Assembly: GCA_013239625.1 (NCBI GenBank)
Contig: MU054391.1
Span: 9,643,095 to 9,707,094 of the forward strand
Reading direction: 5' to 3'
DNA: 64,000 bases
From: Lama guanicoe
Lineage: Eukaryota
A program made the translations under genes and the position numbers. This document shows positions 12,804 through 26,300 of this stretch, piece after piece (position 1 is the stretch's first letter; the number at the start of each line of letters is the position of its first letter). The notes under the pieces were generated by a model that worked only from the letters and a program-made list of their open reading frames with translations, ran no database searches and had not been told where the DNA came from.

Positions 12804-12957
12804 CTGTCGAGCGTAGTGCTCGATTTCCTCCGCTCTGGCCTGATACCAGTCCGTCACCTTCCCCACTGCAAGCTGGCTGGTCCTGTACGGCAGTAACTCG
12901 GGCTGCGCAGCATACAGGAACTCACTGTCATCTGGAAGACTCGGCTCAACCACCTTT
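12804..12957 (-). CDS. NBAS: NBAS coding exon (exon 23 equivalent), 154 nt, phase 2-0
   Basis: cggcag|AAAGGT...CGACAG|gtgagg; KVVEPSLPDDSEFLYAAQPELLPYRTSQLAVGKVTDWYQARAEEIEHYARQ. Confidence 0.96.
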
Positions 12958-14199
12958 CTGCCGAGCACAAAAAGAACAGTTAGTAACTGACTGAGATGCT
13001 GGGGGAAATTATAAATTTGTGAGAGAGGGAGACAGAGACAGAGAGATGGGGAGAGAGGAATTACTGAGACTGGCAGCACGTATGTATATGTGGGTGTGTG
13101 CGTGTGGGTTGTCCTGTATGTATGTGCACGCTTACAAGATAAATGGGACATTTTTTGGAGGCTTAATTTATTTTCCTATTAGTTTTCCCAACTTAAAAAA
13201 AATCAGAATGAACAATAATAAATCAAAAAGAGTATGCCACAAATCAATCAAACAAGTATTAAATAAAACCAGAATCACCCTAGGAAGCGTTTACAAAATG
13301 CACATGGCTGGGTGCCTGCCACATACCTACTAAATCACAATCACTTGTGATGGCCAGCCAGGCCTTGTTTAGTGAAAAACACCCCCAGGTGATTTTGATT
13401 CAAATATAAATTAAGAAGCCTTGTTTTGCATGTTCATAATAATAAGAGGAAATATACCTTATTTATGTTGATAATATAACTTTAGTGGGTGTCAGCAACA
13501 TAGTAATGCACTGACATTTGCAAAACAACAAACTAACAGCATCTAGAAGAATGTACACAGGGAGCACATCACAGGGACCACAAATTATGAGAAGCTTTTA
13601 TGAGGATGGCCCTGGCCAATCGCCTTCACAGTTAAGGACTAAAGAAAAAAATTACACTAAGATATTTCAGATAGAAATAGGGGGAAAGGCCATGTTCCAT
13701 CAGGGACATTCACTCATCTAAAGCAAGTCAGTAGTAGATGACAAGTGATATAATTGTTACTATTATAAGGCAATGGGCTTTGGAGTCAGAACTGAAGTGC
13801 AATTCCATCCCTGAAAGCTGAGAAACCTTGCATAAACTACTGAGTTAATAGTAGTCTAAGATTTCATCTTATTCATATAAAAGTGGGAATAATCATCATG
13901 CAAGAATATCCAAAATAATATTAAAGTACAAAGAGAGCACTGTTTGGCACAGAGCAGGTGCTTAGTTTTCATTTGCAGGTAGTACTTTCACTGGAATTAT
14001 TAGCAGTTATAATATATGATCAGACCCAAAGCTCACAAATCTCCACGTGCCTTAGTCAGCCCACTGTGCTTACAGCTGGTGGTCCTTTACTTAACCAGTC
14101 TCACAGCTGTCATTAACATTCAGACCAGTGACTCTTTCCCCATCGCTGCCACACAACAGTCACATCCTTCCCCCTGAAATCTTCCCTTTAAAGCTACCC

Positions 14200-15140
14200 C
14201 ATTTCAGGGGAAAAATACCCACAAGCCACTTTGAGTTTCTCTGAGAATTTTTTCAGACCTTATCTTATCCCCCTTCTCAGCACTGTTTGATGGGTTTAAC
14301 CACCTTCTCCTTCTAGAGACACGCTTGTCTCTCATCCAGCGTGCCACACTGTCAGGCCACATCGTCTCATCTTTCTGGTCACTCCTTTTCAGTCATCTTT
14401 GCCAGAGCATCTTCCTCTAGACGACCACTGAACACTAGCTCTTCCACAGACTCTGGCTGCCCCCTCTTCTCACTGAGCCCTCTCTAGGTCTCCCCTTCGA
14501 CTCTACGATATAAATTACCACAGACATTACAACGACCACCATATTTTACCCCTACCCGAGGCTTCACTTCAAAGTTCCAAAATCTTCCTTCTATTTGCTC
14601 TTCGATGTTTTCTCAGTCATTACAAATGCAACAAGATCCAAACTGAATGCATGATATCCTCAGGTAATACAGTCATCTTTTTATAAACAGAAACCTGATC
14701 ATATCATCCTTATGCCTACTTTTATAGCTCGTCATCTGCCTTAAAATATTCTTGCCTCATCCTGGTGCCAGTCTCACTTCTGCTCTGTACACTTCAACAT
14801 GTCTTATCTTCAGTCCCCAAAGGGGACCTCACCTTGAGCCTTCCAAATGTTCTCCCTTCTGCTGAGAACACTTCCTCCCCTCACTTGCCAAACTCACCCT
14901 CCACTGGCTAAATGCTCTTCAGCCCTCACATCTCAGATTTCACACCACTTCCCTGGGAATATCTTCCTTGATCTCCACCGCGATTAAGTCTCCCTGTGAA
15001 TGGTCCCAATGGTCCTGCCCTTCCCCATGACACTCATCAACATCAGTCACTTACAGCAGCAGCATCTGTCCTGCTAGATGACACACTTTACAAGCACAGG
15101 GATTACACGTTTTTCTTCCTTTGGTATTCTTGAATCCAGC
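14200..15140. mobile_element. LINE-2 remnant
   Basis: Pyrimidine-rich L2-type text (cccttctcagcactgtttga...ccaccttctccttctagagacac; tccaaactgaatgcatgat; ctgtcctgctagatg). Confidence 0.6.
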
Positions 15141-15158
15141 AGAAGACAGAATTAATCA

Positions 15159-15367
15159 CAGTTGACCCTTGAACAACATGTGTTTGAACTGCATCCACTT
15201 ACACATGGGGTTTTCTCCCACAGTAAATACTGCAGTACTACACCATCTGTGGGTGTATGGGACCCACAAATACGGGGGAGGGGGGGTCAATCACAAATTA
15301 CAGGCACATTTTTGACTGTGCAGAGGGTCAGCACCCCTAAACCCCTGCGTTGTTCAAGGGTCAAGTG
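15159..15367. mobile_element. Non-autonomous Tigger2a-like DNA transposon
   Basis: Terminal inverted repeats cagttgacccttgaacaac ... gttgttcaagggtcaagtg. Confidence 0.88.
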
Positions 15368-15389
15368 CAGACGAAAAAGCAACAAGATA

Positions 15390-15500
15390 CCCCATAACCA
15401 AGCTCATGGAGACAGAGAACAGACTGGCGGTTGCCAGAGGTGGAAGTGCGGGGTGGGAGAACTGGTTGGGTGGAAGAAAAAAGGGAATAAAATAAATGGA
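15390..15500 (+). mobile_element. Short LINE-1 3' UTR fragment
   Basis: aaccaagctcatggagacagagaacagactggcggttgccagaggtgg...ggggtgggaga followed by an A-rich stretch. Confidence 0.6.
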
Positions 15501-17131
15501 TTAAAGAAAGATATGTCCTGAAAATTTGCATTCTCTTCAAAAGCACCTTTTCTTTTGCCAGATTTTTCCTGGCTTTTCATTTTTATAGTTGGAGGAGTTC
15601 CAGAACTGCAAGTTTTGCTTACAATTGAGCTTGCTGTGCTCGGTCTGAGAAGAAACCACCTTATTCCTTTTATTCACTTGTTAGAATCATAAAAAGGCAC
15701 AGGCCAAGGAGAACTGGGCAGTATGAGACAAACGGCACAGTGCTACTCTGTCAAAGGCACCATCTTAAACTGAGAGAACTGTGGTCAAGTGTCACAGCAC
15801 CTTTCCCTCCCACCATGTCCACTGGCATCAACCTCCCACCCTTTTCCATTTATCGACTGCTTCAACTCTCATTACAGCTGGGAAATGAGGACTCCTAGTT
15901 AAACACAGCTGATACACACCAGGCAGCAAGCTCCATTTTTTTCTGAAACTCCACTGCAATGACAGTGAAAGATTTTGAAAGGGGAGCAGAAGTCAGGTAA
16001 ATGCTCAAAGAGGAGTGGAGCACATGGAGTAAAAAGAAACTAAACCATTATCTTCCCTTGGAGCAAGTCCACAGAAAAGAGCCAGAACTAAAAAAATCAA
16101 GAAGCAGCTCAGCAGTGAAGTTATTCAGACTGGAGTAAATGCCAACAGAATCTTTTAAAAGAACTGTAAGTAGCTGCCCCCAGAGAGAGGATACGAGGAA
16201 GGAGAACAAAGGAGTCCAGGATTTGGTTTTTTCTCTTTTTTTTTCTCTTTTTTAAACAAGATTTGTAGAAAACTTTAAATCCTTAATTTGCAAATATATA
16301 CACAACTTTAATAAAAAATTAAATTTAAAACATAATTTTTTTAAAAGAAAGTAACGGCAAAAACACAGTGGGATATCCAATTGCTATCACAATAAGACTC
16401 TTTGGAGTGAAACAGGTGACTACAAGTTACATATTCATTCACTCAGACATCAAAAATGAAGATACGAAATGAAGGGAAACTGCCAACACGAGTGCTAACA
16501 TGGAGAGAGCTTCCAAATCTCACTTGCGGTGATTACACAACTGGCCAGGGCTTTTATTTATCATTTATCAGACACAGAATTTTAAAAAATCCAAAAGCAT
16601 AAGATGACTCATAGCAAATGTAAAACCAGCGAGGAGTGTTTACCCGACTCCAAGGAGTGGCAGGCAGAGGGACTCAAATGCTCCTTACATGGACTTACAG
16701 CCCCACACCCCCTGAGCACCACCTTCCACCGTACTGGATGCCTCCATGTTCTCAGGCTTTCCATGGTTAAATCTTTAAAAAGTGAAAATTAGAACTCAAT
16801 CAAGAACAAAACTATAATAACAACTATGAAAAAAACAACTATGTATGTGTCAAAGAGCGGAAGAGACTATCTCATAATGAAAAGAGTTGTTACATAACAC
16901 CACTTTTAGAATAATCCCTTTGCAGCATTTAATAGTTTTCCATTAAAAAAGCTTTAACATACCTAGAGTCGGGTAAAGGTTTAAAAAGCAAAAATAAAAA
17001 ATAAAAAAACTTTATTCCAACTCTCGAGCAGGACTACCATCAAGTAAACAATCATCCACCCCACCTTCCAGGGCGTTCCGTTCATCCACCCCACAAAGAA
17101 ATGAAGAGCCCTCCTGCTGGCCCATTCTTAC

Positions 17132-17215
17132 CTGCACTCCAGCTCCTCACACCAGTCTTTATCTCGGTGTTTATGTTCATGCCAAGGAATGATCATCAAG
17201 GAGTCACCGCTACAA
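17132..17215 (-). CDS. NBAS: NBAS coding exon (exon 22 equivalent), 84 nt, phase 2-2
   Basis: ttttttaag|TTGTAG...GTGCAG|gtaaga; CSGDSLMIIPWHEHKHRDKDWCEELEC(R). Confidence 0.95.
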
Positions 17216-17574
17216 CTTAAAAAAAAAAAAGGGCATAAGCATTTAAAATACATGTTACCTCAATGATTGGCTACACAAGGAACATGGTGCAAAAGTATGT
17301 AAATAACCTTAAATCTCCACAATTCCTGTTTACGGGATGTGAAGTGGTACATGATACGTATTGTATACAATATGTAAATGCAAAATACGAAATGGCTGAT
17401 TTTTCTTTGATCATAACATGGTTCAAAAAGAAAACGAAAATTCAAAACAAAAAATGAGGCAAGAAACTAAAAGATGGTATGGGTTCATTCATATATTCTC
17501 AAGTATTTATGAAAAGCTCGTGTTTCTGTTCTTAATGCCAACATAAATGGTCCCTTTCCCTCAAAAGCTTACAC

Positions 17575-17755
17575 ACTTCCCGCGATCACCGAAATGTTCT
17601 ACAACTGTGCCATCCGCTACAGAGACCACTGGTTGTATGTACTTTTACAAACCACATGAAATGTGACATTGATACTAAGAAAAGTTTAATATTATTTAAT
17701 TTTAATTAACTTTATTCAAAATTTAAATAGCCACATGTGGCTGGTGGTAGCCTAG
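17575..17755. mobile_element. MER3-like hAT transposon remnant
   Basis: gaaatgttctaca...catgaaatgtgac...tttaattttaattaa...aaatttaaatagccacatgtggctggtgg. Confidence 0.65.
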
Positions 17756-20700
17756 ACCTAGAGGACAGGCAACAGCAAGAGTGAAGAAATAATTTTGCAG
17801 GTTTAAAACTTCACTAACAAATGACAGAAGGAGAATCTAAGAGGCAAAAATAACTCCTGATTGGACGGAGTTAAGAATAAATTAAAAAAGGAGAGTGAGG
17901 TAAAGACAGCAGAGTAGCGCAAAGCAATGTGCTTCAAATAGAGGCCAAGGGAAACAGAAATACATCTGCTTTTAACCAGCTATGCAGTCTTTGGCACATG
18001 AGTCTCAAAGTGAAGCACTTCAAACATTATCTCTAAGGTACCTTCAGCTCTAATGTTCCATAAATCCATAAAAACTCAACTGAAACATCCTGAATTAAGA
18101 ATGAAGACAAAAATTCTAAAAACAAATTTCAACTGCCTTGCTTTTACAGTTCCATAAATCATCTTATTTCATCTTTGAGTATCACAGTAGCATTCTCCAA
18201 AAATCTATCATAGCCCCAAGAAAAGGGCTGCGCTTTTGTGTATTAGCAGGTTATGTTTTGCACCTTCTTATCTTAGTAAGTTATGAAACATGCCTCGTGC
18301 AAGAAATTACTTCAAGTGTTTGGAAATTATGTATGTAAAGAGATTAGTCTTCATGTAAAAGGTTGTAGGAGCCCATTGTGGGGTTACAAGGAACAGAGAA
18401 GCTAAAAGGGTCTGGAAATGAACAGGGTGGATTCGTCAATCAACAGCATCCCCTTTGAAGTCATTATTATCGGTGCAAATTACTTGAAGTCAAAGTTCCC
18501 CATTAGGTATTCATAATAAGAAATGTATTATATACTATTTTTCAAAACAGTATTTTACCCACTTTTTAGCTGCCATGTACTGTCCTAGCAAACTGTGTGC
18601 CAGGGGTACATTTTCGAAGGCCTGTTGAGTTCACATTTTTAAATTTCAGAATCATATAGACAATTACTTAGAATGGATGCCACAATCACACTATTTCATT
18701 TGTCACCAAGTAGAAACCTATTTTATTTTCTTCCACGTCAGTAGCTAACATGTTATCACAGATCACTGAAAAGAAAAAAAGATACCATTTGGATACAGTG
18801 ATGATAATAATGCTCACTCTTCCACCATAAGAATAAATTGTAGCAATGAATTGAGGGACAAGGGAAAAAAATAATGTAGCCAACTATTACCGCTTTTTCT
18901 AATTAAAGCAGACACGGTTCCATAAGCCAAACCCAAAATGTTTTCCAAAAAATCTGAGAAAAATGTATCATAAGTTGAGATTTGTATTTTCTACACAAAG
19001 TACATACTAGATACAAGGGATATTACTAAAATGATTAGTCATGGTGTGGGACTCTCAGCAAAATAACATTTATTTGGTATCTAAAGACTAGAAAATTGTA
19101 AAGCTGTGTCAAGCTTCAATGAACAGAAATGGGTAAGAAAACATCTATGTTTATCAAAACACCCATTAAAGACAAGTTCGGCTCTGGCTCAGTCCAAAGA
19201 GGAGGCCTGAAGAGTCCTAGGTTAATGAAGTATTTTTTCTGCATTTTCAAAACACAGCACAACTCAATGTTTCTAAATGTGCTGATCACCACTGACATAA
19301 TAAAAGTACTAATAGTAACACATGAGCGATGATCAGCAACAGCATGAGCTTCCATATTTACTACAGATGAGGCAGGATGAAGGGCTTTTAATACACAATA
19401 CCTAACTTAGTCCTGCCTATCTAATAGGGGATATTACCTTCCTCATATTATACTGAGAAAATCCAGGCCCAGGTTAGCTTGCCCCTCTCCTCATGGTCAA
19501 TACAGGACAAAGCCAGGGATTTAAACACAACTCGACAGGTAGAATCCAAAGCTTACCCCTCTAGTTAGTAGACGGCCACCGGGTTAGACCTGTGCGGAGC
19601 AGGCAGAAGGCCATGTGAGCCTTCTCAAATCTGAATTCAGGCAATGCAATATGGAACTTTTACGTGTGTATTTAAAGCACACATTAACTGAGATACAAAA
19701 CCAGCCTCAACACCAGTAGTTACTAGTACCAGTTTCATGTAATTAAGGTACCAAATATGGCTTGATCTTAGGTCCGATCACCAATACTTAACATACAAAC
19801 AAAAAACAAAACACAAACAAAAAAACTTTTTGCTCTTTCATTTTCTTCCATAATGTTTCTACAAAGGAAATTATTTTAAAGCAAACTTGAGGAGTTTAAA
19901 ATGGTTGCTATAAAAACATCACATCTTTATCACGACTCAAATGATAGCTTTTAAGAAATAAATGGGACTTGTTCCCCAGTCAGAATGTAAACCCCTTAAG
20001 GGCAGAATTTTTGTTTCTTTGTCTTCTGCCACATCCTCAGTACCTAAAATAGTGCCTAACATTCAGCAGACTCTAAAATAATGTGCCAACTGAATGAGTT
20101 AACTGACAGCACAACAAAGGTTTTTTTTAAAGTGATCTCATGAATATCAAGAAAATTCAAAATTGGAATACAGTAGTAAAAGGGGACAGTTTGTAAATTT
20201 AAAAGAACAGATATGTCAAGGAGGTACATGGATATGTAATTTGTCGATCTAAGAGAACAAGAATATTTTCTTAATATAGTTTATTATCCTGATGAAAGGG
20301 TAAACTGTACTGGAGATGGTACACATCTACAATCTAGATAATCTGACACGTAATGTTACGCTTAAGGGGGAAGAAAGATTTCAGAATATATATTTCCCTA
20401 AATCTGACCATTCTTTACACTTCAAAGTAATTGATCATTCTTGTCATTACCTTTTTAAAAATCCCCAAATTTTAGCTACTTATTCTTTCATAAGGTAAAC
20501 AGAATGATAGAATGCTTAATAAAATTCAGAGGAAAACTTTTACATTAATTGTGTTCACAACAAAAATATTAGTCATGTAAACTAATCACTAAAGAGGGTA
20601 TGTGAAATTGTGGTTCAAAAAAATCCCAGAAAATATAACTGCTTCTTCTAAAGAACCATAGAGAGTCTGGTCAGTTGCAAAGCTTACACTTTGAATCTAA

Positions 20701-21353
20701 AGTTCTATAAACACAAAACAACATTTATATATGCTTTATTTCATCTTTTTCTTCTATTTTTTTCACTTTGCTAGGGAAGACTTAAAATTTAAATGTATCA
20801 TACCCACTAAAAAAAAGAGGCACATGGTAAACTTAAATTAACTCTTTACAAAATAATGGCTGCTTTTGCTAAATTTTAGGATTCATTATATTAGAACCCT
20901 GTTCATTGTTTTATTCCAAACAATAAACTTTGCTGGTGTCATTTAAAGGTAACATTTATCTGTCAGCAGGAAAAGAATGATTACAACAAGTTCTATTATG
21001 TTCAACTACTCTTTCATCAATTATTTCTTACACTAAAGAAAATGTTTTATTTCAAAGAAATTTTATCAAGAATAAACTTACAAAAAGTTCTTTTATTCAT
21101 GTTCTATGCCTTGGAACAAAAGGCTAAATAGACAGTGTACTACCACTAATTGCCACCTTTCATGCATTGGTTTTAAGATGTGAAGTTATATTTATTTCTA
21201 TTATTCAGCATAGAAGAAAACATTCTGGTTAAAAAAAAAGAACAAAAAATAATAATAATTTGGGCCTACGTGTAGTACTACACATAGTTATTATCACTGA
21301 ACAAGTCAAACTTGATCTGTAACTCAATGGGAAGCCAATTAAAAAGCTAGTTA

Positions 21354-22051
21354 TACAAGGAGAAACTGACACTAATACAATAATACTAGGGGACTTTAAC
21401 ACCCTACTTCCATCAATGGACAGATCATTCACACAAGAAAAAGAAATAAAAGGCATCCAAAATGGAAGGGAAGAAGTAAAACTACCACTATTTGCAGATG
21501 ACATGATTCTGTATCTAGAAGCTCTAAACTCTCTACCAAAAAACCTATTAGAACTAATAAATGAATTCAGTAAAGTTTCAGGATACAAAATTAATATACA
21601 GAAAACTCTTCAATACACTAATAACGAACTATCAGAAAGAGAAAGCAAGAAAACAATCTTGTTTAAAATCATATCAAAAAGAATAAAATGCCTAGAAATA
21701 ACCTTATTCAAGGAAGTGAAAGACACGTACTCTGAAAACTATAAAACACTGATGAAGAAAATTGAAGATAATACAAAGAAATGGAAAGGTATTCCATGTT
21801 TATGTATTAGAAGACTTAATATTGTTAAAATGCCCATATTACCTAAAGCAATCTACAGATTTAATGCAATCCCTGTCAAAATACCCATGACATATTTCAC
21901 AAAAAAAGTCCTAAAATTGATATGGAACCATACAAGATTCCAAATAGTCAAAGCAATCTTTAGAAAAAGAACAAAGCTGGAGGCATCACGCTCCATGACT
22001 TCAGACTATACTACAAAGCCACAGTAATCAAAACAGTATGGCACTGGAGCA

Positions 22052-22088
<37 letters not shown>

Positions 22089-23025
22089 CCATAGGCCAGA
22101 ATAGAGAGCCCAGAAATAGGCCCATACACACATGGTCAATTAAACTTCAACAAAAGAGGCAAAAATATACAATAAGGAAGACAGTCTCTTCAATAAGTGG
22201 TGTTGGGAAAACTGGACAGCTACATGTAAAAGAATGAAATTAGAACATTTTCTCACACTATATACAAAGATAACTGCAAAACGAATTAAAGACATAAATG
22301 TAAGAATGGAAACTATAAAACTCCTAAAAGAAAATATAGGCCAAACACGAATGTTAAGTCACAACAAAATCTTTTTGGATTTGTCTCCTCAAAGGAAACA
22401 AAAGCAAAAATAAACAAGTGGGACCTAATTAAATTTAGAAGCTTTGCACAGGAAAGGAAACCACTGACAAAGCAAAAAGATAATCTACTGAATGGGAGCA
22501 AATATTCGCAAATGATATGATCACTAAGGGGTTAATATCCAAAATATATGAACAGCTCATATAACTCAATATCAAAAATACAAACCCAATTTAAAAAATA
22601 GGCAGAGGACCTGAATATACATTTTTCCAAAGAAGACATACAAATGACGACCAGACAAATGAAAACATGCTCAATATTACTAATCAGAGAAATGCAAATC
22701 AAAATCACAATAAGATACCACATGACTCATGTCAGAATAACTATCAACAGGACCACAAATAACAAATGCTGATGAGGATGTGGAGGTAAGGGAACCCTTG
22801 TACACTGTCAATACATATGTAAATTGGTGCAGCCACGGTGGAAAACAGTATAGAGATTCCTCAGAAAATTAAAAATAGAACTACTGTATCAGCCAATAAC
22901 TCCATTCCTGGATATATGTCCAAAAAGAACAAAAACACTAATTCAAAAAGATTCATGCACCCCAGTGTTCACAGCATTATTTACAATAGCCAAGACAATG
23001 CAAGTAACCTAAATGTCCATCAACA
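21354..23025 (+). mobile_element. LINE-1 ORF2 fragment with internal deletion and no 3' UTR
   Basis: Endonuclease motif [15 protein letters not shown] joined to RT segment [19 protein letters not shown] (ORF 21416-22027); continues degenerately to the KQPKCPS region. Confidence 0.95.
22055..22087. repeat. (CA)n microsatellite inside the L1
   Basis: Uninterrupted AC run at the position where L1 normally reads aaaaacagacac. Confidence 0.95.
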
Positions 23026-25168
23026 ACTAAATTTACATAAATGCATTATTTCACTTTACCCTTAGAGAACTCATAAGTTAAATATTATGATTACAAATGT
23101 GCAGGTAAGTAAATGGTATGAGCCCCAAAATCATCACCGACTTACTGAATGAATGAATGAATGACCATTAGAAACAGGTTCACTGATACTCTCTTAATTC
23201 TAAAAGTAGAGCTCTCTAAAACAAGAAGAAAACTGTAAACAACTAGAAATATAAGATTCAGTTAAGATATAAATGAACAGTAAATGAACAATAATGAAAA
23301 ATATAAAAGTCAATTGAAGAGGAAGACTACATAGCTAAGACTGTGCAATGGCCTCTTAGCGCACTCACCTCTCTGCTACTGTAATCTGTACCCATGTCTC
23401 TCAGAGGAGCATTTTCTATCCTCAGTACCTGACTCACAGAAGGAGCTGAGCAAAATGATTCAATCAAGTAATGAATTAGCAAACTTCCTTAAGAAAGGAA
23501 GTCATTCTGTTACTCTATCTTTTTTGAAACTCTTCAAAGAAAGAAAAATGTACACTCCAGACACCAAGGCAGCAGGAAGAAAAATGTGGATATAAGATAC
23601 GTAACAAGAAGAATAGAAAATACAGCACTTTAACCTCATCTAAATGGATAGAAAAGTAGTACGGGTTCACAGCATGCATATTTATAATGTTATCCTTAAC
23701 TCTGTCAATCACTGTGGTGTTCATTAAAGGAAAAAATCTGAAGCCTTCTCTGATGTTTTCAGACCAAGCAGCTTACCAGGCTTTATTCCGTATTACAAAG
23801 CCCTGTGTGTATTTCTGTTACTGTTGTCAGTGCACGGGATTACGACTATTTATTTGCGTCTTGCTCCTTTTCTAAATAGGCTCCTTCAAAGCGTTAGTCA
23901 TTTTTATATTCTTCGTTCAACACCTGGCATCCATTTAAACCTCACTGAGTATTTAATGGACGGATGGATGATGGACAGATGGAAGAATGGATAGATAAAT
24001 ACGAATAAATAAATGAAAAAACAAAAACTACCCCAAAACCAGACTGCAGGTGAGTCTCGGCCTGTGTGTGTGAGCGCGCACAAGCACAAAGAGATGTGGA
24101 ACGTCCTAAGCTTTTGATAAACAAAGAGGCATCAAAGATTCTCTGCTTGGTGATTCTGCTGCCCAAGTCCACTGACAGCCTTTTCATCATGAAAAGCTCT
24201 CTAAGTCTAAGCCAAATTACATTGCAGACTGACATACAATCACAACGGAAGAAATGAAAACTCCAGAAACCAAGAGGGAGAGGCTCTGGTGTCAATTCCA
24301 CAGGGTGTGGTCGGGAAGACAGTGGAGTAGGTGTCTGTAGTGCAAGTTATTCTAACACATCACTATTACTGATCATGCTCAAAGTTAAACTAGAGATGTT
24401 AGGAAGAAAAAGAAAGCAAAACATGGGAGAATTTGAAGGAAACGGGTCTCATTTTTTAATATAGTTTCTTAACTACATAATAAATACTTGTTCACAAAGT
24501 CAGAGACAGGAAGTACAGAAAGTGGTGAGGGAATTGACCCTGGAGAAAAAACAGACTCCATATTACCCACAAGGAAGAAACAATATCAAATAAATACCCC
24601 TATACCTGCATTGCTAGTTCACTTTCTATAATTTTCAGATTAAGAAAACCCATATAGGTTAACCTATTACAAATTCAGAAACCTATTGAGATCAACTGCA
24701 CAGAGAGGCTAGCCTTAGAATATACACAGTAAGGTAGCTGGTGAAACTCGCAGTGTGACTAAATAAAACAACAGAATCTGGGAAAGGACAAAGTATGCTG
24801 GATAACAACTCAGACAGGAACTCTACTAGTGAGATGAACAAACCTAAAAGTTTGGCATCTAATAAAAATACCAAGTATGCAAAAAAGCAAGAAATCATGG
24901 CCCATAACCAGGAGAATAATCAATTTCCAAGAAACACCAATAACATGATAAGGAAAGACAAAGAAAATTGAAAAGACCCAAAACTAACTCCTGGGAACGA
25001 AAAATTCAGCAGCTAAGAAGCAAAACAAACCAGAGTCATGAGCAGCAGATACTGTGTGTCTGTGTCTGTAACACACTTTAAATATAAAAAACCAAAATGT
25101 CAGTGCAAATCCAGCATTAGAAAAGTAAGAGAGGCATTCAATTTAAGGAACATCAGAAATCTTATTTC

Positions 25169-25490
25169 GGAGGCGGGGCGGGGAGGAGGGTACAGCTCAG
25201 TGGTAGAGCACTGTGCTTATTAGTATGCACAAGGTCCTGGGTTCAATCCCCAGGACCTCCATGAAGGAAGGAAGGAAGGAAGGGAGCGAGGGAGGGAGGA
25301 AGGAAGGAAGGAAGGAAGGAAGGAAGGAAGGAAGGAAATCCTGGGTTCAATCCCCAGGACCTCCATGAAGGAAGGAAGGAAGGAGGGGAGCGAGGGAGGG
25401 AGGAAGTAAGGAAGGAAGGAAGCTAATTACCTCCCGCCACCCACCCCAAAATAAAAAAATTTTTTAATTAAAAAATAAATTGTTAAAAAA
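25169..25490 (+). mobile_element. tRNA-derived SINE (Vic-1-like) with (GGAA)n tracts and internal duplication
   Basis: gggtacagctcagtggtagagc; two copies of tcctgggttcaatccccaggacctccat; ctaattacctccc tail; imperfect TSD agaaatcttatttc / agaaatctatctc. Confidence 0.9.
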
Positions 25491-26084
25491 GAAATCTATC
25501 TCTGTTGACAAGAAAAGTTTTTTATGCTCTTCCAGAGTTTAGGTAAAACAGTCCTTGTAAACTCTTGACGTGTTTAACAGACAAAACTAACTCATCATGT
25601 GAGAAGTCAGGGCAGTGGTTCTCCTGGGTGAGGTGACTAAAGAGGGTAAAAGAAGAAAGCACAGGGATGCTGGTTATGTCTGTTTCTGCATCTTCTTTAC
25701 TTTACGATCATTCATCAAATTGCCCATTTATGACTTGTTCATTTTCCTGTATCTACAATTCAATAAAAAATGAAATTAAAAAGCTTAACTTCATTTAGAA
25801 CAGTGCCCAAATTTTTTATTAATAATCTGGAATCTCAGGTACCTGATACCAGGGAAGGGCTACTGTCCCAGATAAGAACTCAAAGCATTGTTGTCATCAA
25901 GGAGGAATACTCCCTATTACAATTTTGCATTTTGTTTATTCATCAATCTTTTACAAGCCTACTTAATGCACTTGAAACTAAAATATATCTATAATACGAC
26001 CTTCCTGTCAACATGTACCAAAAACTAATGCTGCTTCTAGTACAATAGCCACATTTGCTATTAACACAACCACGGCTGTGTGCT

Positions 26085-26300
26085 GACTCCTGATTTTATG
26101 CTAGGAGCTGTGCTAGGTATGTACGTCTTAGGTTACTTAATCACCGCAATACCTCTACAGTCTCCCCATTCCACACCTGACCAAACTAACGATCAGAGAA
26201 GCTAAGTGACTTCCCAGAAGTAACACAGCTAGCAAGTATCAGGACCAGGACAAACCCACGTTTCTGACTGAAAGCCTTTGTTCTTCCTAGTGTATGACAC
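26085..26300 (-). mobile_element. MIR SINE remnant
   Basis: tatgctaggagctgtgctagg...ccccattccaca...aaactaacgatcagagaagctaagtgacttcccagaagtaacacagctagcaagt. Confidence 0.7.

Noticed and set aside
21416..22027. Functional or domesticated reverse transcriptase
   Set aside because: The N-terminal RT motifs are deleted, the frame shifts after about 200 codons and the downstream sequence is degenerate.
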